64,000 nt of DNA, from the NCBI GenBank assembly GCA_000091205.1, contig AP006501.2. One strand, written 5' to 3'. Under the pieces are notes generated by a model. The model was given only the letters and a program-made list of their open reading frames with translations. It was not told the DNA's origin and made no database searches. The stretch comes from Cyanidioschyzon merolae. Its lineage: Eukaryota. Positions 1-10,654 of the stretch are shown piece after piece; position 1 is the first letter of the stretch, and every line of letters begins with the position of its first letter. The translations under genes were made by a program, and so were the position numbers.

Positions 1-1723
1 TTGTACGATGGGGCTTCGTCCCGTGATCGCTCAGGCTGTTATCGGAGTCTGCAACACTGCATAAGGCTTCCTGTGTTTCGTTTCTGAGTTGCGCTTCTGT
101 GGATTGTGTACTGGATTCCTCTGCGACGTTGCATACGCTTTCGCTCTCTTCGTTTCGTAGATGCCCTTGTTGCATACGATTCACGAGCCCATGACGTTGA
201 CGCTTGCCCGATCCGGTTGCGGAACGTATAGAGTTCTGCCAGATGTGCCGCAAGGAAGTTTGTTTTTCATGAAAATGATAAGAGTACCGAAGAGGGACAC
301 ATGGATTAGACACTGTCCATGGCCACTTTTCCGTATCGATCACGGGGGCGAGTTCCGCGACACACGGACAATGGTCAGATCCCATCACGTTAGGCAACAA
401 GTCACATGCCGTGCATCGAAGGTAAGGGCCCGCATTGCAGCTCAGAAGAATGTAGTCTATCCTGGTGCCGTAATTCGTGAGACGCGCTTGTGTCTGTGTA
501 TTCCAACAACTGTATGCATCTCGACGATTGGGCCATTTTTCGCGGAACAAGTCACGGAAAAGGTCATCCGAAAGCATCCTGTGCAACCAAACCCGTGATG
601 GATGTGTTTCGAAGACGATACGATCATTCGGTGCCGACACCTTCTCCGTTGATACAGCGCTAGCATCCCTTGACGTCACGCCTGCCGTATGCGAAGCTGA
701 TCCTGGTAACAGCGTTCCAAGCAGGGCGCTTTGTTGTTCGGACTCGGCTCCGTCTGTGAAGCGGGGTGCATGTGCCGGGTGCCCAGTGAGGATTCCGGCT
801 GCCGCCTTTCTCAAAGAAGGCGACTCCAGCAGCTTAGGATACAATTTAGCTGCCTCGCGCTCAGCTTCCTGCGGGTTGCAATGGTCAATGCGCTCATGGG
901 CAGTATTCAAATCACCGAGAATGACTACTATTCGGTTCTGGGTCCGGACCAAGTGGAGACAACGATCCTCCAAACATGTTAGGAATCTTTGCTTGTAGAA
1001 GAGACGTTCTTCGTTAGCGGCATTTGGTACATAAACATGTACGAGAATAAGGCCGCATACATCTAGGACAAGCGCTCTTCCTTCCTCGTCGAGTTGGCGA
1101 TGCTCTTCGCGCTCCGCAGTACCTAGCGCTTCCCCAGATGAGGACCATTCCTCGGGATAGTCTCCGACGTGTAGCTCTGGTAGTGCTCGCCAAGTTGGCA
1201 ACTGTTGTTCGCGTCGCATTGTCGATATCTGGCCAGACCGGAGGCGCTCGAGAAGCTCGCGAGCGCACGGTGGTGCTGAAGGCCACTCCAAACAGCGAGC
1301 AGGGAGCTCGCCTGTGAGACCCTCCTCAGCTCGCCAAACCTCCCAAGTACAACCATCAAACTGCGACGCTCTCCCCGAGCAACGAACGTAAACGGCAACA
1401 CCAGCGTACCCGACTGTTTTGCCCTGAGTTTTCGACGCACAGAACGAGAAGTAGCCCTCGAACCAGAACGGGTACGAGGGGTGCTCCAGCCTGGCCAGAT
1501 GATCAGGAAAGTCTTCCGATCTTGTTTTCAATTCCTGTAAGCAGATAACGTCTGGTGGCGCTCCGCTGGGCGCCAGACGAAGCTCACGGACGAAGCACTC
1601 GAAGAGCACCTGGTCGTCCGAGAGCTGCTCACGTCGCCAACCATGCTCGCGTCGTTTCCGTGCTATGAAAGCTCGGAGCCCGTTGACGTTCCAGGTTACG
1701 AGCCTCAACGGTAACCTTTTCAT
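1..1723 (-). CDS. AP endonuclease of the exonuclease III / APE (EEP) family, with internal insertions and a C-terminal extension of at least 120 aa. The ORF stays open to position 1, so the 3' end is outside the window
   Basis: Manual translation of the minus strand in the frame not listed by the ORF track (no stop inside the window). It starts MKRLPLRLVTWNVNGLRAFIARKRREHGW. Further motifs: PDVICLQELK, GYAGVAVYVR, VVILGDLNTAHERIDHCNP, WNTQTQARLTNYGTRIDYILLS and GSDHCPCVAEL near position 362. These are the ordered catalytic motifs of ExoIII/APE1. An upstream in-frame stop lies near 1862. Confidence 0.8.
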   Translation of the reverse strand, partial: MKRLPLRLVTWNVNGLRAFIARKRREHGWRREQLSDDQVLFECFVRELRLAPSGAPPDVICLQELKTRSEDFPDHLARLEHPSYPFWFEGYFSFCASKTQGKTVGYAGVAVYVRCSGRASQFDGCTWEVWRAEEGLTGELPARCLEWPSAPPCARELLERLRSGQISTMRREQQLPTWRALPELHVGDYPEEWSSSGEALGTAEREEHRQLDEEGRALVLDVCGLILVHVYVPNAANEERLFYKQRFLTCLEDRCLHLVRTQNRIVVILGDLNTAHERIDHCNPQEAEREAAKLYPKLLESPSLRKAAAGILTGHPAHAPRFTDGAESEQQSALLGTLLPGSASHTAGVTSRDASAVSTEKVSAPNDRIVFETHPSRVWLHRMLSDDLFRDLFREKWPNRRDAYSCWNTQTQARLTNYGTRIDYILLSCNAGPYLRCTACDLLPNVMGSDHCPCVAELAPVIDTEKWPWTVSNPCVPLRYSYHFHEKQTSLRHIWQNSIRSATGSGKRQRHGLVNRMQQGHLRNEESESVCNVAEESSTQSTEAQLRNETQEALCSVADSDNSLSDHGTKPHRT

Positions 1724-4700
1724 CAGCGAGAAGCTGAGTGCCCCTAGCGAGCATCCCTTAAGCCACCCAGGGTTTTCACGAAAGCCCCACAGTACGTATG
1801 CGGAGCAAACGTGCAACCCCGACACTGGCAACGCAATACGCAGTGCACTTTGAGCCGGTTTCTACTCGGGGCAGAACATGGTGATAAACTAGTTTTTATG
1901 AGCACAAGCCCTAGACATCAGGGATTAAATGAGATACTGCAAGTTGAAAAGGTTTGCTTTAGAGACTCATCGACCGAAGCGTCACTGTCTCCGTGTTCCC
2001 AAAGCAAGCTGCTGCATGGGGATCCTCTGCTTTTGCTGCGTTGCAGAAACTCCAAATTCGTATCCCCCAGATGCGGCGTTCGACTGTATAACAAACGCTT
2101 GCAACACCGGAGGCTCGCGGACGTGCTGCACCACAACGTGCAACCTGTCTCTGTGTCGTCCAGAGCGCGTTGTTGTAACCACGTGGTGCGATACCGAGAT
2201 CCTCTTACAGAGAGCGGCTTGCCCAGAGTGACCTATCTCATTCAGAGTATTGAAAAACAGCGGTCCGAAGTCTCTGCTGCACATCTGTGGTAGACTCTTC
2301 ACGAACGAGCAATTTATAAATTCCTCTGGGTAGAACGCCAGACTCGGCTCGTGCAGGTACCTTATCCGGTGTCGAACATTCGAGCATGAGCTTGGGAGTC
2401 CCGGAGCATTTCGCTCTCGGCTTGGGGGAGCATGAAAGTTAGGCTACTAGCCGATATCAGAGATGAGCGCAGCTGGCGAGGTTGGAATATTGTCGCTCGC
2501 AGCAGGCATACTGAAGCGTGCAATCGAGTTCGGCTCATTCTGGTCAGTTTTTAATTTGTGGATGACGATTAAGTGTCGATGCTGAACGCTTCCGTGTGAT
2601 ACAGCGCTCAGGTCTATGACCGCAAGCACCAAATCATCGGCGCTCCAGCGCTAAAGCTAGTCTTGTTTCGAAACCTGCTCTCAGTGATGGAGATCGCATG
2701 CCTACGGGGACTTTTCGGTATCGGCAAGTCAAGGGCGCCACCTCTAATCGTGCCGTGTAAAATATGGAATACCAGACTGCTCGCTTCCCTCCTGCCTTTC
2801 GAGTTTTCCGAAATTTTTTTCGATATGCAGCCCCTATATTCAAAGTGCAACAGCAAGGGCTTCGGAATGCATACATAGGATTTGGATTCTCGGAGGTTCT
2901 TTTTCAGAGCGGCCGCTTTCACGGTTCACCTCTGGAATTGGTTACGTCATTTGAATCAGGATGATGCGCATTGCTCTGGAACAAGGGATCGTACAGCATC
3001 CGATGCCAGCAACCAATTCAAAAGTACATGCCTCAAAGCTTCTCCTTTGCTTATTCGTAAGATGATAAAATTGCGCATTATTCAAGTATTCGATGTTTCT
3101 TTTCCAAGGCAAATCGTGGGCGTCGCCATTCGCACGGCAGTACTGATAAGGAAAACAACGCGACATCGTCCATAGACGACTTTTTTAACCAGCTCATGCC
3201 AAACGTTCACTGAACTTGCCACGTCATACAATCGATTCTTTTCAAATGCCGAATCCTGCTCTCTTTGAGACCATCCACGAAATTGCATTCGACATCTGCA
3301 TGACTGCACGTATGGGGTAATCTCTGAAAGACTCCCGTCTCGTCCGGTTGCATTGAAACGAGTCGCGGACTTGGGATTCACCCATTACTGTAATCGCTTC
3401 GGATAGGGTATGCGTCACCGCTTTCCGCGAATAGAGCTTGAATGGATTCGAAGTTCTCAACTTGCTCTCTAACATGGATTCCCCTACCAGTACTTTTTTC
3501 AACATGAACAAAACAGCGTTCTATAAATTCGTTCTGAAATGGAACAGCTCGCACCTGCATGTACTGTAGAGAGCATGCCCACCGACGGCATCGGCCAGAA
3601 AACGCTCTTGAGTCCAGAGTATGGTACCGGGCACGGGAAAGTACCAGTACATAGGGGGAAGCCCTCTGTACCCGTCATGTGCGTGTTCCGAAGCATGAGG
3701 CAAGCGTCTGCGCATCATGCAGTGGTCCTCGGAAGAAAAAGAGGTATGGTAGACATATGCGCACGCCTAGTCATGGTCAGGCATCACTGGTGCGAAGCGC
3801 GCGCCGACATTGTACACAAAGAAGATGAATATAGGAAAAGAAGCAGAGATCGTATCTTGCGCCTGCGCATGGACTGCTTACCTACAGGTGAAAAGAGCGT
3901 CATCAATACTAAGACGCCGTGATCAATATCGTTTGACCGTTGACTACATAGCTCGAGGGGAGTAAGCGACCGCCGTATGTAAAGCCTGAGATATGCACCT
4001 GGCGAAGGACGCAGTGCCAATGAACACCAGCAAAGCTGATGTTCATGACACTGGGAAGAGACTTGTACTTTACTACGCGCGCCCTAGTTGAATGATCCGT
4101 TCGTTTTAATCCACACAAGGATGTCTACTGAAATGTCGTTTACAACTCATGCAGGCTGCTCTATACAGAGAGCCCCAAACGACATGAAGCCAAGACCCCA
4201 TTCTCGAACGCTTATCGCTGCAATGCTCATCGGAACTACCACCTGCGGGAAGCAATTCGATTCTTGCAATTGTGACGAATGGCCTCGCAATGAAATGCAG
4301 AAACATTCGCGTCTGTACTTGCGCTTGCAAGGACGAAGTGTCTCGTGTCCTATGCAGCAGCTGTTGCATATGCACGTGAACAGCAAAAGGAACAACGTTC
4401 TTCAACCATGTTCGGTACACGTATCTACTCACGCGCAGACACCTTGCAGTCGTGTTCGGGCCGGCCTACCGCAAACGGATTCAACTTCTCCTTGTACTCT
4501 TTGAGCAGGAGAGGCTGCCCCATAAAGTTCATTCGCGTCAGCTGCGGGGGTGTCCTCTTCAACACCACACATCTGCTGATTTTGGTGTCGGCGCTCAAGT
4601 CACGGTTCACGAACTCCATGCGTTTCTTGCCTCTGGTGGAATTCAGCAATGCGAGGATTCCTCGAACTCGCGGCCTCAATGCCACTATATTTTCGTTGCC

Positions 4701-5526
4701 GCACCGTCTGGTGAACATCATTTCTCGCCCACTTCCTCATTTCGTCTTCTTCTTCGTCACTTGCTCGTCTTCGCGCAATGGTCGGCAATATAAGGATTTC
4801 TCGTCTTTCTTGTTCCGGCAGTATGCAATGACGGGCCTCCGGGATCCCCAGCTTTCATGTTCATACCTTTTCTCTTAGATTATTTATTTTTTCAAATGAT
4901 AGCGCTTGGGATACATTTTCAATACCTGCGAAAACGCAAATGATTTTACGCTCCTGGGCCTGGAGTATCATTGAGATAGGAGCCTATAAGAAGCAGTCGG
5001 GGTTGAAGCACTGATGCGAGACACACGCCTGTGGCTTTTTTAATGAACAGGCACGCAGAGGCTATGCAGAAATATCATTGCTCACATGAGATCCCCTGCG
5101 AATCCTATGCTTCCTAACCAAGTTCCGAAATAGGAAGATCACAAGAAACAGAAAAACGATCAGGAGCTGTGCAGGACGCAGAGATTTGCTGGGTACTCGC
5201 GTTCTCGAGACGCTCTACATAGATATGGATTTCCAGCAATGCCAAGTCACAATCGGAAGCTAAATCAAGAGCCATGAACTCTCAATCGATATCATGGGTA
5301 GGATCTCGCCATCCAAAGCGACCGCTCTAGCGAGCAATCACCATCTGAGGTCGTACCAAGCGCCAAAAACATCTCGCTAGCTACCGTAAGGAAGCGCTCG
5401 CCATCACCAAGAGGTCGCCCCGGCGAGCCGCAACCCTCCAGTGCAGCACCGGGGGTATCCACGACGGCTTTTGTCATCGACGCTGCGTTCGGTGTCGAAT
5501 CCTGCCTCAAACAATGCTCCACCACA

Positions 5527-6813
5527 CTACGTGGGATTTCCGACGACTCGTGTGGCACTTGTGGCTCGTGCCACATCCAGTGTCGACTCCGGCCCCAAGT
5601 GACGCACCAGAACACCAGTTGGAATCTCTGACGACTCGTGGATCCGTTGCCAACGCCACGAGAGGCGACTCGAGCGCAACTCGCGTTGGCATAGAGGAGC
5701 GCGCGCCCCTGGGCGAGCTTCCCCTGTCGGTTGCTGCGCACTACCAGGTGCTTCAGCAACGTGCTGTGCCATGACATTGTTGTCCTTACCATATGCAGCA
5801 GTATCGCTGGCGACATAGTCATTATCACCAGCGCCTGGTGCATCATGTGCGGCAAGATTCGCTCGCGCTTCTGCTCCCGCATCAGCGTCATGGCCATCAT
5901 TGGCTTCAGCCCAGGAACTAGTGCGGGCAATTGTGGGCTCCCGGCTGAACGCTGGCGTGAAGCTCAGATGCTTGCGCTCAGATTGCCGCTCTAGTTCATC
6001 CACATCTCGCAAGACTGACAGATTTTCCACGCTCGTTTCGAGCAAAGCATCAGCATGTTCATCCTCAGATACGACGATTCCTTGTTCGTCTGCACTTGCA
6101 TTCAAAGTTGTGCTCGAACTCGTCGATGCACGCAGGTTGGCTTCGGGAGTACTCCAAGTGAACGAACCGCTGGCACCAAGTTGACGGCCCCATCGGAGAC
6201 GCTCCAGTGCCCAGTGACGGGCCCTCTGTTGATCACTGTGTTCCGCTAGGAACTCTAGCCACTCCTCGTAGAGGCGTAAGGACTGACGTTCTGCCCTTCG
6301 TCGCCTCAGTGCCTCTTTGGCCGCAACTTGGCGCCACTCTAGTTCCCGGGTGATACCGCTGGGGCTCACAGGTGCACTTACCGGTCGTATGTGGGTATCC
6401 GAAGAAGGATTCCGCCAACTGATATGGAGATCAGGTGTCTCTGCGCTCCGTTCTCGAGGCAGCGATTCCGTTTCAGACGGCGCTGTGGTGTCGCGAGTGT
6501 CGTGCTCGGTGCTTTCTGTGTCATCCAAGAGTGCGAAACCTGTTTGGCTGTGTACTCGGCCGCCCTGTGGCGAGCTCTCCTCAGGAGACTGGGTCGGTAT
6601 CGGCTGCTTGGCAAGCACCGGGGCCTGATCGCCCGCAATCCTTGAGGCTCTCAGCTGCAACGCAGGCTTCTTCTGTCTCTCAGTGAGCGTCCCAAACTGA
6701 ATGTAGTTCCAGAGTCTTTGTTCTAGCACCGCCCGTTGTATTCGTTCGCGTATGAACAGCAACAGCAGGCACGCAATAAACCCTAGTTGTATGACTGTCC
6801 AGTGGGAAAGCAT
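5527..6813 (-). CDS. Hypothetical protein, 428 aa: N-terminal hydrophobic anchor (TVIQLGFIACLLLLFI), then an acidic/Ser-Thr-rich disordered region
   Basis: Uninterrupted 428-codon ORF. One predicted TM segment at the N-terminus. No recognisable catalytic motif. Confidence 0.35.
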   Translation of the reverse strand: MLSHWTVIQLGFIACLLLLFIRERIQRAVLEQRLWNYIQFGTLTERQKKPALQLRASRIAGDQAPVLAKQPIPTQSPEESSPQGGRVHSQTGFALLDDTESTEHDTRDTTAPSETESLPRERSAETPDLHISWRNPSSDTHIRPVSAPVSPSGITRELEWRQVAAKEALRRRRAERQSLRLYEEWLEFLAEHSDQQRARHWALERLRWGRQLGASGSFTWSTPEANLRASTSSSTTLNASADEQGIVVSEDEHADALLETSVENLSVLRDVDELERQSERKHLSFTPAFSREPTIARTSSWAEANDGHDADAGAEARANLAAHDAPGAGDNDYVASDTAAYGKDNNVMAQHVAEAPGSAQQPTGEARPGARAPLCQRELRSSRLSWRWQRIHESSEIPTGVLVRHLGPESTLDVARATSATRVVGNPT

Positions 6814-9800
6814 GAGCGGCCAGCCTCGGAACTCCAGTGTGCGTCTTCGTACGAAAGACCCGCTTCAGGGCGCATCGACCAGAGCTTTGACAGGACGCTC
6901 GATGTTGTTCACGAGCGAGCAGCTCTGCGGAGCCCGAAACTACTGCAGCGTACCCGAGAACCAGCTGTAAACCTCTGCGAGTCCACAACACCGAAGACAA
7001 GTCAACGTTTCGCCAGACAGGACACTCTAATAGGGCCGGATACACCCGTTAAACAGGACGAGAGAAATACGCCTGGGAACAACGCGCTTTGTATCGTGAA
7101 CGCGAGAAACGAAGGCAAGACAAGCGCAAACGTCAACACTGACCAAGGCGTTCGTACCACCTGGGGAGGTTCGATGCCAGGGGCTTGAATGGCGGCAATT
7201 ATTTTGAAGTCTTTCAGGAGAAATTAGATGCAACATGACACCGTAAGATACTGATAGAAGCATTGCCCTTGGTTTGATCAACGAGCAAACTTCACCGTGG
7301 ATGCAGGCGAACCGCACCGCCAGGCAGAAGTTCCTCGCAGACTGATGTACTCAGTTCTAAACAGAGCGCAGAGTTCTGGGACACCTGTACGAGAACGGTC
7401 TTTTTGTTTCCTTTTGTTTCTCTCGGGGGTATTGAACAGAAGCAAAGTATCCAGTAGAGCGGAGGAAGATCACAAAAAGTCTTTGTAATGCAAGTGCGAG
7501 CTCGCGAGCAAAGGACCTTACTTGTAGAAGTAAGCTATTCTCAGGTAAGCAGCTGGATGAACCACCCTTCTGGAAGTCCTTATTTTGAACGTCGTGCATC
7601 GGAGAGCAGAACCTAGAAAACGCAGTCTAAACGATCGTCTTCTTGTTAAACTGATACAGTCCATGAATGCTCAAATAAATACAATCAAATAAGTCGCAGA
7701 ATGGTAAGGTTCCGAACCGTCGAGACAAGCACCGCTGAAGAGATACGCATGGACAAGGGAAAAAGCAACCCTCTATGAGCGAGCATCGCCCGTTGAACAA
7801 CGAACTCTGGATTTCGCGCGGAAGCACGAAAGCTCCGGACTAGTGAAACTATTGCTCGTTTTACTCGATGAGACTTCATTCGGGAAATATGGAGGATGCG
7901 AATACGCATTTTCGAGGAAGAAAAACTGCTATTCATCAAATAAGAGGCAAGCGAGCTTTCCAACGAGATCAGTCCGAGCTGTGATTCAGTCGTTTGGTCG
8001 AAGGCGTTTTGAAAAATGCACGGGATCGATAAGCGTCACATGCTTCGTCGGAACACTCGTCGTGGCTTCTCCTCTCCACATTCTTCTGTCCTGCGCTCAT
8101 ACAGCGTCGATTTCAATCACTAAAAAACGCTTCAGGAGTATGGTACTGAATTTTGCATTGCACTGCTCTTTGTCTCAGTGTACGGTCACCATCCCAGTCT
8201 ATTAGCAGGAGTGTGCTCTGTTGTCAAACGTTTTTATGTCGGACACACAGATCAGCAGAAGAGGCATTCGCATCCTTGATACCCAAAGTTGCAGAAAGTA
8301 AATAGGAAACGTCTCGTCTGGCTTTCTTCGCCTTAACGCTCCTCGTCAAGCAGATGTTCATAACAGTTGCGTACGCAGCGCTACCAGTTGTCCACATTTC
8401 ACAGGAATCTTTCCGTCAGACCCTGTTGTGATCACACAGATGGTGCTCTGGACAGAAGATGCACTACGAACTGATCGCAGGATCCGAGATTTGCACCCAA
8501 GCTCCCCAGAATACCGTGAGATATCACTTCACTACGTCGGCGATCGCAGCATCTGAAGCGCAAGTGTCATCCATGATCAAACAAACCTCAACAGCGAAAT
8601 GCAGATCGACCTCGAGCGCTTGGCGGGGCGCTCCACCTGGTTGTTGCAGCCTCGTGTTGCCACCCAAGGATAACTGGGACGAATCTAAGGGATTCTTGGT
8701 GCGTCGATGGAAGCGAATAAAGCGCTAGTGGTGGCAGAAAGAGCTCAGTGTGGTGGCGATATCGGATGACAAGTCACGGCGAGCGAGAGAGAGCGTCTGT
8801 GTCGCTTCCGCTTGTCCAAGCTCGTCGTCGTCTTGTTGGCCTCGGACGGACCCAAGTCACGTCTCCAGTGGACGGTTGCAAGGAGACGTCTTCCTGAACT
8901 GCCAATTGCGCGACTAGGCTCCGCTGAACAGAGCCTTCCAGAGAAAGACAGACTCCTGCCACGTAAGCGAGCATGCTAGCCTCCTCAGGCGTCTATTCGA
9001 TGATATCGATCTGTAAGCACTTTGTGCCATCCCAGGCCAGAGTCGAGCACCGAGACTCTGCCTCGCTGCTCAGCGTAGACGAAGCGGAGCACCACGTGGT
9101 GAGCGAAGATTCCACGTCTATGAGCATCGTAACCGCCGTCGTGCCCCTGACTCAAGAGAATGGAGCCAAAAAAACTAAGCAGAAACCAGATGAAGCTGCT
9201 GAAGATTGCGCGGGCCTTTTCGTATCTCGGGTCGGGAGCAGGAACGCAAGCAGGCGCATCCGCAAGTGGAACGACGGCACCTGGACCCTTTTCAACGCGC
9301 TGATCATCGTATCGAGCTGACAGAGTGCGTCCAAAGCTTCATTCAGAGCAAATAGGAGCGCCTAATCCCTCATGTGGACGACTTTTCGCAGGAATGCATG
9401 CGCTCGCGCTGAGGTCACCAACGGTTTCGGGTGTACAATGATCAAAAGTGGGCATTCGCTGACTTGCTGGATTCGTCGGAACATAAAATGACCGGGCATC
9501 CGAGCGGTTTCGTAGTACCCCAAGGAGCCGGACGTGCTGTAACGCGCGCAGACCGCGCTCTCGCTCCTTTGGCTAGAGCGTAGAACGAGTTCAGGAATCG
9601 ATTCTGCACGATTCCAGCGGATGCATTCAAGTCGGTGTGCACGAAGAATGAGCTCGGGTGAACGCTTTAACATCCAGAGACGAAGGGCATGAGGCGAAGA
9701 CGGACGCATGCGGTGCTGTATTGTAAGAGACTGAACGTCAGATGGCGATGAATTCGAAGGTAAGCGAATGCCCATGGGGTACTTCCACTAGCAACGATAC

Positions 9801-10654
9801 GAGCTGGCGCTTTCCCCACTGCGACTTCAACGTTTCAATCAAGAAGCGGAGATGCTTCGTGCTTCCGGAGCGCCCCAGTGGCTCTGTGTCGGCGAAGTTT
9901 CGACGAACTTGTTTCGTACTCAGAATAGGCATTGTGCTGGAATGCTGACGACTTGCGGTGCAGAGTATCTGTGACCAGGAGCTCGAGCATTGGATTTTCG
10001 CCTGGATTACGCTATTTGTTCGGTGCGGACGGCAAACTATAAAGGCTGGAGCGCCCTCTGGACACATATTGGGAACGATTTCGGTGCACAGTCTGCGAGC
10101 AATAAGGGTGTTCAGTCAACGAATGGCAAGTCACGTATTTCGTGGGCCTTCATTTCGGGAGATTGTATGCACCTCGAAAGCGGCCAGATACTGTATCGCG
10201 CCACTTCCATTGCGTTCAGGAATCTGAACAAGCTTTCCATGCGACCTGGTATTCGCCGTCGGTTGCGACGATTCGCTTACAGCGTGCCCTGTGAAGAGAA
10301 CCAGGCAGGAAACACTGATCCATAATATTCACATTTTCATATGGTTTATGATCGGAACGAGAGCCGACCAGCACTACACAGGCTCTTCAATGAATCCGAG
10401 GAGATGCGATCATCTACGTCACGTCAACGAATGGCCTTAGTCCTGCCCATCAGCCGCATCGAGGTTCCCGTTTTGAATGCGTACCATAATCGAAACGACT
10501 CAATACGCATCGCACCGATCATCCATATACATACACAAAGAATGCTTCCTCCAGCGGCGGACACGGCGAACGCCAAGACTCGTGACGCAATGCAAAAATG
10601 ATTCATATGCGGATTACATGCGTATCCTTCCACCAATTCACATCCTGACTCCAA

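Noticed and set aside
4425-4788. Two short adjacent minus-strand ORFs (4600..4788 and 4425..4721) that could be exons of a small basic protein
   Set aside because: No recognisable motif. They would require a frameshift or intron in an otherwise intron-free locus. Insufficient support
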